Shown in pieces: positions 19,245 through 28,588 of a stretch of DNA of 64,000 bases. The translations under genes and the position numbers were made by a program. Location: positions 64,001 through 128,000 of the forward strand of contig JANNVX010000018.1 of NCBI GenBank assembly GCA_031414595.1, written 5' to 3'. Below the pieces are notes generated by a model. That model worked only from the letters and a program-made list of their open reading frames with translations. It ran no database searches and had not been told where the DNA came from. Numbering within the stretch: the first letter of the stretch is position 1; the number at the start of each line of letters is the position of its first letter. The stretch is from Deinococcales bacterium (GTDB taxonomy: Bacteria; Deinococcota; Deinococci; Deinococcales; JAAFIG01).

Positions 19245-19396
19245 TGACTGACTGTGGTTCTATGCGTGCTGAAAGGTTTTTGTTCTCAAATTTATACCTG
19301 TGGGAGGGGCTTGTTCCTTCCTTTTGAAGGCTTTAGTCTGTAATCTATTGCTGTTTTCATGTAGAATTTTTGCGTTCTGACCAGTAGAATCTAGCT

Positions 19397-22339
19397 GTGG
19401 TTGGGTCTAAGGTGCTTCATTATCAAATCATTCGTGAAATTGGCACGGGTGGGATGGGCATTGTTTATGAAGCCTTTGACACATGGCTAGAACGTCCTGT
19501 TGCCCTTAAATTCCTGCACGAATCGCAGCGCCTAAGTTTGGCTGCCTTACGCGCCTTTGCCAGAGAAGCCAAAATTGCAGCCCAGCTTGACCATTCACAT
19601 ATTGGCACGATTTTTGCCTTAGAGCGCAGTGAAGAAGCGGTGTTTCTGGCAATGGCGTATTACCAAGGGGAATCGCTGACTGAGCGCTTAAAACGCGGGG
19701 CATTGCCGCTTGAAGAAGCCAAGCGTATTGCTTTAGAAATCGCCAAAGGGCTTGAACACGCCCATTTGCATGGTGTGGTTCACCGCGACATTAAACCAAG
19801 CAATGTTTTTTTGGCGAGCCAACCAGACGGCTCGAGCAGCACGAAAATCCTTGACTTTGGCTTGTCCAAACTTGGGAGTCGTTCACCTGCCAAAAGTCAA
19901 GCTGTGGTTGGAACACCCGCCTATATGTCGCCAGAACAACTGGACGGCAAAGCCTCGAGTAAAACCGACCTTTGGGCTTGGGGAACTGTGGTTTATGAAA
20001 TGCTGTCTGGGGTTTCGCCGTTTGAGCGTGAAAGCATGACTGGTATTTTCCAAGCTATTTTGTTGCAAGAGCCAATACCACTCGAGACTCGAGTCCCAGA
20101 TGCGCCCGAGGTACTGCTTTCCTTGGTGCGTCAGTGCTTACGCAAAAACCCAGAAGAGCGCCCACTCGATGCCAGTGAGTTAATCCGTGCCTTACAACCT
20201 ATCCGTGTGCTTTTGGCTCGAGTCAATCAGGATCATTTGCCAATGCCGACCACGGTTTTTATTGGACGAGAACACGAACTACTTGAACTTGAACAACAAT
20301 TTGTGGGGACTCGGCTTTTAACCATTGCTGCGCCCGGTGGCATGGGTAAAACCCGTTTAGCGCTTGAGTATGCCCGCTTGCACCGCGCAGAATTTGCCGA
20401 CGGGGTACATTTTATTGACTTAGCCCGACTTCAGGATGCGACCTTAATTCCAAATGCAATCCTTGAAGGTTTGGGCTTAAACACCGACGAGAACCCCAAG
20501 GAACGGCTTTTAAGCGAATTGTCTGAAAAAAACGCCTTATTATTGCTTGATAATTTTGAACACTTAACCCACGGTTCTAGCTTGGTGGGCGAATTACTGC
20601 AAAAAACCACTGGCTTAAAAGTGATTGTCACTTCAAGGGAAACGCTTGGATTTAGAAATGAAAAAGTCTATGCGCTCCAAGGTCTGCGCCTTCCTAGTCA
20701 CACCGATTTTGTGGGTAACGATGCGGTGATGCTTTTTACCCGAGTTGCCCAGCGTTTTGATGCCCATTTTAACCTTGACCCAAATAAGGATTTAGTCGTT
20801 TTTCAACGTATCCTAAGCGCAGTCTATGCCATGCCGCTTGGTTTAGAACTGGCTTCGAGTTGGTTGCGCTTGCTGTCTTTAGAAGAAATTGCCGACGAAC
20901 TCGAGCGCAACCTCGATTTTTTGGCAACCGAATCGCCAGATATTCCCGAGCGTCACCGCAGTATGGCGGCTGTTTTTACCTCAAGTTGGGAATTATTAAG
21001 CAGCCAGGAACAACAAAAATTAGCCCAACTGACGGTTTTTCGTGGCGGTTTTGACCGAGAACTGGCCGATGTGGTTTGCGGTATTGACATGCTGAGTTTG
21101 CAACGCTTGGTCAGTAAATCCTTACTCTATAAAGTCGAGCAGCAATACCGTTTTCATGAAATGATTCGCCAGCAAGCCACTTTGTATTTGCCCGAACCCG
21201 AGCGCCAGCGTTTACTCGAGAATTTGGTGGATGAATGCCTGAGCATTGTCAAAGATTGGTATGAAAAACGCCAAAATGGAAAAAACAACACCGCTATTTT
21301 TGCCAAATTGTTAAAACTGACCGATCAAATCCGCCTTGCCCTCGAGTGGTGTTTGGCGTATCACCCCAAGAAATTACTCGAGTTCTTTTTAATTCTTGGG
21401 CAATACTGGTCTATTATTAGCAATTTTCAAGAAGCCCTGCATTGGCGTGAGCAAGTTCGTCAAACCAACGACTTAAGCCCAGAAGAAGATGTTGCCCTCG
21501 AGACGCTGCATTTGCGTTGGTTATTTATGACTGGGCATTATAAAAAAGCCCTGCGTTTGGCTGCACTTTACTTACCTAAAGCCGAACAACTGCCAGACCG
21601 AACTTACGAAGCCCAACTGAACCTCTTGGTTAGTCAAACCCACTTAAACACCAACCAGTTTGAAATTGCCAAGGTTCACGCCAGAAAAGCCGTCTTTTTA
21701 TATCAAAAAATCGGTGTGTACTTTGGTTTTATGGCAGCCATCAACATGATTGGGGTGCTGCACAACTGCATGAACAACCTTAAAAAAGCCCGCTCGAGCC
21801 TAAAATTTGTGATTCGATTAACTGGTGCTAGTCAAGACGAACGCAGCTTATCTGTTTCGACCCTAAATCTTGCTACGGTGGATTTGGTCGAGACAAACAC
21901 GGTTCATGATATTGCCGCTTTCACCCATTCGCTCGAGTACCTGCACCGAATCAATGATTTGGTCAACACTGCCGAATGTTACGCGATTCTTGGTTATTAT
22001 CACATCACCCAAGCCGATTATGCTGCCGCCAGAAATGCTTTTGGCGAAGCCTTACTCATCTCGAGTGGCTACCAAAATCAAATTGAATGCAGCGTGCAAA
22101 TTTTATTTCTTGGTTTTGTGGCAGCCCTACAAGGCAAAACCAAACGAAGCAGCGAACTGCTGCACTTATCGCACTGTATCAACCAAAGTTTTGCCAGTGG
22201 CTATTATGCCTTTGAAACCTTTGCCAAGCGAATTGCCGAAAACCCTGAAATTGCTGCGCTTTGGGCAGATGCCCAGCAAAAATCTAAACCCAGTCATTTT
22301 TCGTTTGAAAATGCAATCAAATTTGCTTTGCAACCCTAG
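19397..22339 (+). CDS. Ser/Thr kinase - STAND NTPase - TPR protein, copy 2
   Basis: Same motifs and collinear with copy 1. TAGAAT lies 6 nt before the GTG. Confidence 0.92.
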   Translation: MVGSKVLHYQIIREIGTGGMGIVYEAFDTWLERPVALKFLHESQRLSLAALRAFAREAKIAAQLDHSHIGTIFALERSEEAVFLAMAYYQGESLTERLKRGALPLEEAKRIALEIAKGLEHAHLHGVVHRDIKPSNVFLASQPDGSSSTKILDFGLSKLGSRSPAKSQAVVGTPAYMSPEQLDGKASSKTDLWAWGTVVYEMLSGVSPFERESMTGIFQAILLQEPIPLETRVPDAPEVLLSLVRQCLRKNPEERPLDASELIRALQPIRVLLARVNQDHLPMPTTVFIGREHELLELEQQFVGTRLLTIAAPGGMGKTRLALEYARLHRAEFADGVHFIDLARLQDATLIPNAILEGLGLNTDENPKERLLSELSEKNALLLLDNFEHLTHGSSLVGELLQKTTGLKVIVTSRETLGFRNEKVYALQGLRLPSHTDFVGNDAVMLFTRVAQRFDAHFNLDPNKDLVVFQRILSAVYAMPLGLELASSWLRLLSLEEIADELERNLDFLATESPDIPERHRSMAAVFTSSWELLSSQEQQKLAQLTVFRGGFDRELADVVCGIDMLSLQRLVSKSLLYKVEQQYRFHEMIRQQATLYLPEPERQRLLENLVDECLSIVKDWYEKRQNGKNNTAIFAKLLKLTDQIRLALEWCLAYHPKKLLEFFLILGQYWSIISNFQEALHWREQVRQTNDLSPEEDVALETLHLRWLFMTGHYKKALRLAALYLPKAEQLPDRTYEAQLNLLVSQTHLNTNQFEIAKVHARKAVFLYQKIGVYFGFMAAINMIGVLHNCMNNLKKARSSLKFVIRLTGASQDERSLSVSTLNLATVDLVETNTVHDIAAFTHSLEYLHRINDLVNTAECYAILGYYHITQADYAAARNAFGEALLISSGYQNQIECSVQILFLGFVAALQGKTKRSSELLHLSHCINQSFASGYYAFETFAKRIAENPEIAALWADAQQKSKPSHFSFENAIKFALQP

Positions 22340-22361
22340 GAGCGACTAGCTTATTGGTGTT

Positions 22362-22385
22362 CACGTATTTCTCGAGAAACACGTG
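22362..22385. terminator. CTCGAG-centred 24-bp near-perfect palindrome between convergent genes
   Basis: CACGTATTTCTCGAGAAACACGTG. Confidence 0.5.
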
Positions 22386-22398
22386 CCATGTAATTTTC

Positions 22399-23574
22399 TT
22401 AAAGTCGGCGCAGCATCATCGCTAAACCATTTGCCCCACCCATGCACAGACTGGCTAAACCAATTTCTTTTTGTTGCTGTTCTAAGGCATGAAGCAGCGT
22501 TACCAGTATTCTTGCGCCACTGCATCCAATTGGATGCCCCAAGGCGACAGCCCCACCGTTGATATTAACTTTACTCGGGTCAATACCGAGTTCTCGAGTC
22601 ACGGCGAGGGCTTGGACGGCAAAGGCTTCGTTCAATTCAAATAAATCAATGTCAGCTAAACTCATTTTTTGTTGCTCGAGTAATTTTCTTGTGGCTGGCA
22701 CGGGTGAGAGTGTAAACCACTTTGGCTCGAGTCCAGAAGTAGCATACCCGACAATCTCTGCCAGAGGTTTTAGCCCGTGGGCTTTGGCGGCATCTTCGGA
22801 CATAATCAGTAGCGCGGCTGCCCCATCGTTGATACCGGGTGCATTACCCGCCGTGACTGAACCATCTTTTTGAAAGGCTGGACGGAGTTTACTTAAACTT
22901 TCTAAGCTCGAGTCAGACCGAGGGGCTTCGTCGGTGTCCAAAACCACTGCGTCTTTTTTGGTCTCGAGAGTTAGTGATGCGATTTCGGACTTAAAACGCC
23001 CCGCTTGGATTGCCGCGACTGCCTTTTGATGCGAATAAAGTGCAAATTCGTCTTGCTCGAGTCTCGAGAACCCCATTTCTCTGGCGGTTAGTTCGGCAGC
23101 GTCGCCCATGCGCCAATGCTCGAAAGCGCACCATAAACCATCGAGCATATTGGCATCTTTGAGTTCTTGATGCCCAGCCTTGAAGCCTTCCCTTGCGCCA
23201 AACATCAGGTAGGGTGCGTTGCTCATGCTTTCCATGCCGCCAGCCACGGCAATGCTAAAATCCCCAGCCCGAATTCCAGAAGCTGCCATCATCACGGTTT
23301 TCATCCCCGAGCCACAAACCACATTGACCGTGGTTGCGCCACTTGAGGGCAACATTCCCGCGTTTAATGCCGCTTGACGGGCTGGGTTCTGCCCTACGCC
23401 AGCTTGTACCACGTTTCCCATGATGGCTTCTTCGACCAAGCTAGGCTCGAGTCCCGCCTTGGCTATTGCAGCCCGAATTACATGTGAACCGAGTTGTGGG
23501 GCGGTTAGCCCTCCTAAGCCTCCCAAAAAACGTCCAATTGGAGTCCGCAGCGCCGAAACAATTACAGATTTCAT
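22399..23574 (-). CDS. Acetyl-CoA C-acetyltransferase (thiolase)
   Basis: [40 protein letters not shown] and SLCMGG. TAGAAT lies 7 nt before MKSV. Confidence 0.95.
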   Translation of the reverse strand: MKSVIVSALRTPIGRFLGGLGGLTAPQLGSHVIRAAIAKAGLEPSLVEEAIMGNVVQAGVGQNPARQAALNAGMLPSSGATTVNVVCGSGMKTVMMAASGIRAGDFSIAVAGGMESMSNAPYLMFGAREGFKAGHQELKDANMLDGLWCAFEHWRMGDAAELTAREMGFSRLEQDEFALYSHQKAVAAIQAGRFKSEIASLTLETKKDAVVLDTDEAPRSDSSLESLSKLRPAFQKDGSVTAGNAPGINDGAAALLIMSEDAAKAHGLKPLAEIVGYATSGLEPKWFTLSPVPATRKLLEQQKMSLADIDLFELNEAFAVQALAVTRELGIDPSKVNINGGAVALGHPIGCSGARILVTLLHALEQQQKEIGLASLCMGGANGLAMMLRRL

Positions 23575-23626
23575 AGTCATTATTCTACATGGAAACCCTT
23601 TGGTCTCGAGCCTCGTATTGCTAACT

Positions 23627-24106
23627 ATGGACTGGATTCCCAATGCACTCTTTGTTTTAATTTGGCTTGGCGCTCTGGTGGCGACTTTTATTCCAGTTAT
23701 TCCAGCCACATTACTGATTTGGGGAGCGGCACTGCTTCATGCACTTTTGACTGGTTTTCAACCCTTAACTTGGGGCTATTTACTGGCGCTAGGCGTTCTG
23801 GCAGCCGCCGCCATGCTGGTAGATAACGTGGCAGCCGCTTGGGGGGCAAAAAAATTTGGTGGCTCGAGTTATGCGGCTTGGGGTGCTTTAGTCGGCGGCT
23901 TACTGGGGATTTTTCTAGGTCCAATTGGCTTTTTAATTGCGCCGTTTATTGGTGCGGTGCTTGCCGAAGTTCTGTTTGCCAAAAAAACGTGGCTCGAGGC
24001 TGGCAAAAGTGGTTTTGGCACATTGCTGGGTATTCTTGGTGGGGTTGGTATGAAACTGCTGATTCATGTCGGAATGGGTGTTTTGGTTTTGATACAAATT
24101 TTTTAA
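23627..24106 (+). CDS. DUF456-family membrane protein
   Basis: [16 protein letters not shown] and PFIGAVLAE pattern. Confidence 0.85.
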   Translation: MDWIPNALFVLIWLGALVATFIPVIPATLLIWGAALLHALLTGFQPLTWGYLLALGVLAAAAMLVDNVAAAWGAKKFGGSSYAAWGALVGGLLGIFLGPIGFLIAPFIGAVLAEVLFAKKTWLEAGKSGFGTLLGILGGVGMKLLIHVGMGVLVLIQIF

Positions 24107-24486
24107 CCTATGCCTAAGTTTGACAATCTGAATGCCTATCGCCATGTAGAGTGGTGATAATGGCTTTAGGTCTAAACAAACAAACCTAGTAACCTCGGTA
24201 TTGGCGCACAAGCCATTTGGCAATGGCAACCCGATGTCTCGAGTCGCCTCACCCTCGGACTCGAGAGTACACTGCTGTTTGGTAACGGCATCGGGATTAC
24301 TGGCGGATTCAACTTTATTGGCTTTGACTCGAGCCTTGGTAATTTTAGTGTCAAACCCGGATTTTATATTCGGCTCGAGTTTTTGTTTAGCGAACAGACT
24401 TTTGGATTGCGGTAGGGGTAAACTCAATCCGATTTGTAACGTCCTACAGGCGACCATGCCCGACAGGTGCGCGTTTATGGTCAAGA

Positions 24487-24510
24487 GGGCGAGGCATGCC
24501 TCGCCCCTAC
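24487..24510 (-). repeat. GTAG-type REP element
   Basis: Minus strand reads GTAG followed by the perfect palindrome GGGCGAGGCATGCCTCGCCC, 10 nt past the ALDH stop. Confidence 0.75.
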
Positions 24511-24519
24511 GGTTTTTTG

Positions 24520-26937
24520 TTAATATTTCGTCCCACCTTCTAAACTTTCACCATACGGAATCCAAATGTTTTTGACTTGGGTGGCTTCACGCAGGGCTAT
24601 TTTTGGCTCGAGATTGCCGACATCTAAGCCCTCGAGATTCCATGTGCGTTTTAGGTTGCCAGCACTGGCTTTTTCAAAGGTTTCGCCATGAGCCGCAAAC
24701 CAAAGGGCATCCACATCCAAATGTTCGGCTAGGGTCTTACCAAGGCTGCTCGGGTCGCCCGTGACGATATTGACCACACCGCTCGGAATATCTGAAGTCT
24801 CGAGAAGACTGTAAAAATCGGTAGCCACCAAAGGATTTTCTTCGCTCGGCACAAGTACCACTGTGTTACCCAAGGCAACCGCAGGGGCTAGAAGGGCAAT
24901 CATGCCCAAGAGTGGCTGTTCGGATGGGCAGATTAAACCAATCACACCAATTGGTTCATTCATTGCCAGCGCCACACCACGCATTGGGATACTATGAACA
25001 GCCCCATCAAATTTGTCCGCCCATGCCGCAAAAGTAAATAAGGTTTCGATGCTTCGTTCAACCTCGAGTTTGGCGGATTTTAGATTGCCAGTCTGGGACG
25101 ATAGGCGGTTTGCAAATTCGGTTTCTCGAGAACTCAGATTCTCGGCTAAGTAATACAAAATCTGCGCCCGATTGTGCGCCGTGGCTTTTGCCCAACCAGA
25201 AGCCGCCTGAGCCGCCTGAGCCGCCTGAGCCGCTTCGACTGCGTTACGGATGTCTTTGCGGTTTCCGTCGCTGACTTCGCCGAGAAGAACCCCAGATGCA
25301 GAATAGACAGGTCTCGAGTACCCAGAATCTGGACGGGTTTGTTTACCACCAATGAATAATTTCGGGGTTCGGTCTATCGGGGGCATGGTTGAATCATTGA
25401 TTTGTGGTGAGACCCCCGTCGCTTTAGGCTCCGTTGCCCCTACGGTTTTTGCCTTCGCCTTTTGCCCTTCGCCTTTTGCCTTTAGGTACTCATACATCCC
25501 TTCGCGTCCGCCTTCGCGTCCAAAACCAGATTCCTTGACCCCTCCAAAACCCGCCGCCGCGTCCATTTGATTGGTGCAATTAACCCAAACAATGCCCGCT
25601 TTGATGCGCGGGGCAACCTCGAGCGCCAAGTTGATGTTCTCTGTCCAGACACTCGAGGCAAGACCGTACACCGTGTTATTGGCAAGCCCAATCGCTTCTT
25701 CGATGGTGCGAAATGGCATCATCACCACCACAGGACCAAAAATCTCGAGTTGGGCTACAATACTGCTGGGCGATACCGCACTAAAGACACTGGGCGGATA
25801 AAAGTAACCATTGGTGGGACATGTCCAACTTGGTTGCCACAAGCTCGAGCCTTCGGACACGCCTTGTTGCACCAGACTGCTGACCCGCTCGAATTGCTCG
25901 AGGCTGCACAATGCACCCATGTCAATGTTTTTTTCTAGTGGATTGCCGATTCTAAGGGTTTCCATTCGCGCCCTCAGCTTAGTCAGCAGGGCATCATGGA
26001 TACTCTCATGCACCAGAATTCTCGAGCCAGCACAGCAGACCTCGCCTTGGTTAAACCAAATCGCATCTACCACGCCTTCGACCACGCTGTCTAAATCGGC
26101 ATCATCAAAAACCACAAATGGTGATTTACCACCCAACTCGAGCGAGAGCTTTTTGCCTGTGCCAGCCGTAGCTTTACGAATTTGCTTACCGACTTCGGTA
26201 CTGCCAGTAAAGGCGATTTTATCCACACCTGCGTGGTTGACCAGTGCTTTACCCGTTTCACCATCTCCCGTAACAATGTTCAGCACACCCGCCGGAAGCC
26301 CAGCCTCGAGCGCAATTTCAGCAAACAACAATGCGGTGAGAGGCGTAAATTCGGCTGGTTTAAGCACCACGGTACAACCCGCCGCTAGTGCAGGAGCAAC
26401 TTTCCAAGCCAGCATCAGCAGTGGAAAATTCCACGGAATAATTTGTCCGACCACACCAGCCGCCTCAAAACCAGCAAATTCTGTCCCCAGCAGTTGCGCC
26501 CAACCTGCATGATGATAAAAATGCCTTCCGACCAGTGGCACATCAATATCTCTGGTCTCACGGATTGGCTTACCATTGTCTAAGGTCTCGAGAACCGCCA
26601 ATAAACGGCTGTGTTTTTGCACTAACCGCGCCAAGGCGTACAAGTACCGCGCTCTGGCATGACCAGACAGGGCTTTCCATGCGGGTAAGGCTTTACGAGC
26701 GGCTTTGACGGCGGCATCCACATCTTCGTTTCCGCCAGAGGAAAACTGCGCCAGTACAGATTTATTAGCGGGGTTAATCGTCTCGAGGGTTGTGCCAGAT
26801 TTGGCTTTGACCCATTTGTTATTGATGAACAGCTTGAATGATTTTTTATGCGACTCGAGCCATGCCAAGGCTTCGGCAGCGGATTCGGGGGCAGCACCAT
26901 ACTCAAGGGTATCAAAAATTTCGGCAACAGTTGGCAT
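24520..26937 (-). CDS. Two-domain aldehyde dehydrogenase (ALDH16-like)
   Basis: PWNFP, FTGSTEVG, LELGGKSP, FNQGEVCCAGSR and EIFGPV, followed by a second degenerate ALDH domain ending KNIWIPYGE. SD AAGGAG. Confidence 0.9.
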   Translation of the reverse strand: MPTVAEIFDTLEYGAAPESAAEALAWLESHKKSFKLFINNKWVKAKSGTTLETINPANKSVLAQFSSGGNEDVDAAVKAARKALPAWKALSGHARARYLYALARLVQKHSRLLAVLETLDNGKPIRETRDIDVPLVGRHFYHHAGWAQLLGTEFAGFEAAGVVGQIIPWNFPLLMLAWKVAPALAAGCTVVLKPAEFTPLTALLFAEIALEAGLPAGVLNIVTGDGETGKALVNHAGVDKIAFTGSTEVGKQIRKATAGTGKKLSLELGGKSPFVVFDDADLDSVVEGVVDAIWFNQGEVCCAGSRILVHESIHDALLTKLRARMETLRIGNPLEKNIDMGALCSLEQFERVSSLVQQGVSEGSSLWQPSWTCPTNGYFYPPSVFSAVSPSSIVAQLEIFGPVVVMMPFRTIEEAIGLANNTVYGLASSVWTENINLALEVAPRIKAGIVWVNCTNQMDAAAGFGGVKESGFGREGGREGMYEYLKAKGEGQKAKAKTVGATEPKATGVSPQINDSTMPPIDRTPKLFIGGKQTRPDSGYSRPVYSASGVLLGEVSDGNRKDIRNAVEAAQAAQAAQAASGWAKATAHNRAQILYYLAENLSSRETEFANRLSSQTGNLKSAKLEVERSIETLFTFAAWADKFDGAVHSIPMRGVALAMNEPIGVIGLICPSEQPLLGMIALLAPAVALGNTVVLVPSEENPLVATDFYSLLETSDIPSGVVNIVTGDPSSLGKTLAEHLDVDALWFAAHGETFEKASAGNLKRTWNLEGLDVGNLEPKIALREATQVKNIWIPYGESLEGGTKY
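25202..25233. repeat. In-frame 9-bp tandem repeat (GCCGCCTGA) x3.5
   Basis: Encodes AAQAAQAAQAA in the second ALDH domain. Confidence 0.9.
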
Positions 26938-27082
26938 AGGGGAATTCTCCTTCATGATTCTTGAACTTGATTACTAGCTCATCTTATTTACACAATTACA
27001 TAACCACTACATAAGAAAAATCCGCTCTAAAAGCAATTTATTAAATCTAAGTCAAAAGAAAATTCTCATCATTACACAAAAC

Positions 27083-28543
27083 CTAAGCCCAAAAAGGCAA
27101 ATAACTCATTTCTTTTTTTGACTTACCTTCAGGATTCGACAACTTTACTAAACCATTCTCGAGCGTTTCCTTAATAATTTTTGAAGCCAGAGGATAATTT
27201 CGCTCTTCTATCTTAAACCTTGCCCGAACAGTTGCATTGGTCATTTTTTGACCACTCACCCATAGTAGGCTGGCATGTTGATAACAAGCCCTGATTTTTT
27301 CATCTCGAGACATACCTGACAAAGAACGCGGTGCAAACAAAACAGTCACTGTATTATCGCCAGAAACACGAAAGTCTGGTGGGGGCAATTGAAATAATTC
27401 AGCCTGAAAAATCACTTTATCAATCCCCGAACCACGTTCCTCACAAAAATACATCCGACGCATTAACCTTGCCAGCGTTTCATTACGTGAACGAGGAGGT
27501 TGATCCAAAAACCGATTTGGTTCAATCAAAGGCGCACCGGGATTGACAAATTCAATTCGATCCTCAAAAACTTCAATCACCACACCAGCCCCAACAATCC
27601 CAAAATCTTGATGAATCAACGAATTGACCAACAACTCACGCAAAGCCAATTCTGGATACAAACCAACTTCTTCACGTAAAACCTGACCGATTTGTTCATT
27701 TGAAGGCAAATGTTCTTGAATAAACCGAACTGCGTCATCAATATCCAAAGCATACCCACGCAATTGAATCTGACGTTCACGAATTGTTTCTACTTTGTTG
27801 CGACCTCGGTAAACAACCACCCGCAATGCTTTGCGTTCTAGCCGCTTAAAAATACTCAAGTCTCGAGCAAAAAGTATTGCCCCACAATTGGTGATCGAAA
27901 AAAAACCATTGCGCTCAATCAAAAACCCTTCTTCAGTCAAGCGATGCAGAATCAAATCACGTTCAGTGGGCAAAGGCAACTGCATTCGCTTAAAAAACTC
28001 AAAGTAATCAAGCAACCCAAGCACAGCATCAGCAGTCAAATCAGACAGCGCAATATCGGTTTCAAAATGTGTAACTTTGAACAACTCCCAAAGTCGGCGC
28101 TCTTTCTCGGGATAAGCACTGAGTTGGGTTAAATTCTCTCCAACCCGAATGTATTCTTCTTTATCTTTATTGAACCGCGTTGGCGAGCCTCGAGCCGCAG
28201 GAACTTCAAGAATTACCACAGATAAGCCCACTACATCAAACTCGAGAAAACGAAAATCCAAACGCGGAGTTAAACTAACCTGCAACCACAACTCCAAAGC
28301 CTGATTGCCAACTCGAGCAGTTCGGGGTTGAAAAGAAGTCCCAACAATTTGGCGCGAACCATCCTCAACACCCCAAACAATATATGCAAAAGGTTGAATG
28401 TGCAAAGCTGCCGAGTTAGACAAGCCAGAGATATACTTTGCAATTCGTTCGGGATCATCGTTATTATGCTTAAACTCGAGCCATTCCGTTTCAGACGGGA
28501 ATGACAACAAGTAATCTAACAATTGCCCAGAAGAATCGTTCAT
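27083..28543 (-). CDS. AlbA_2 (Schlafen-like) - HATPase_c_4 - HTH protein (COG2865)
   Basis: ETEWLEFK, YISGLSNS, IVWGVED, YPELALRELLVNSLIHQDF, RIEFVNPG, SRNETLA and EERGSGIDK. Confidence 0.88.
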   Translation of the reverse strand: MNDSSGQLLDYLLSFPSETEWLEFKHNNDDPERIAKYISGLSNSAALHIQPFAYIVWGVEDGSRQIVGTSFQPRTARVGNQALELWLQVSLTPRLDFRFLEFDVVGLSVVILEVPAARGSPTRFNKDKEEYIRVGENLTQLSAYPEKERRLWELFKVTHFETDIALSDLTADAVLGLLDYFEFFKRMQLPLPTERDLILHRLTEEGFLIERNGFFSITNCGAILFARDLSIFKRLERKALRVVVYRGRNKVETIRERQIQLRGYALDIDDAVRFIQEHLPSNEQIGQVLREEVGLYPELALRELLVNSLIHQDFGIVGAGVVIEVFEDRIEFVNPGAPLIEPNRFLDQPPRSRNETLARLMRRMYFCEERGSGIDKVIFQAELFQLPPPDFRVSGDNTVTVLFAPRSLSGMSRDEKIRACYQHASLLWVSGQKMTNATVRARFKIEERNYPLASKIIKETLENGLVKLSNPEGKSKKEMSYLPFWA

Positions 28544-28547
28544 ATCA

Positions 28548-28587
28548 ACTCGAGGGTATCAAAAATTTCAGACAACTTTGGCATAGG
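28548..28587 (-). pseudogene. Duplicated 5' end of the ALDH gene (part of a 14-codon mini-ORF, 28540-28584)
   Basis: 33/40 nt identical to 26901-26940; MPKLSEIFDTLE versus MPTVAEIFDTLE. Confidence 0.7.
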
Positions 28588-28588
28588 C

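Noticed and set aside
19097-19327. 76-aa ORF between the kinases
   Set aside because: It is a translation of heptamer and REP repeats with no coding features.
23933-24575. ORFs 23933-24484 (-) and 24201-24575 (+), or RNase P/tmRNA in this gap
   Set aside because: The ORFs overlap real genes and have no motifs, and I could not find the conserved RNase P or tmRNA terminal sequences.
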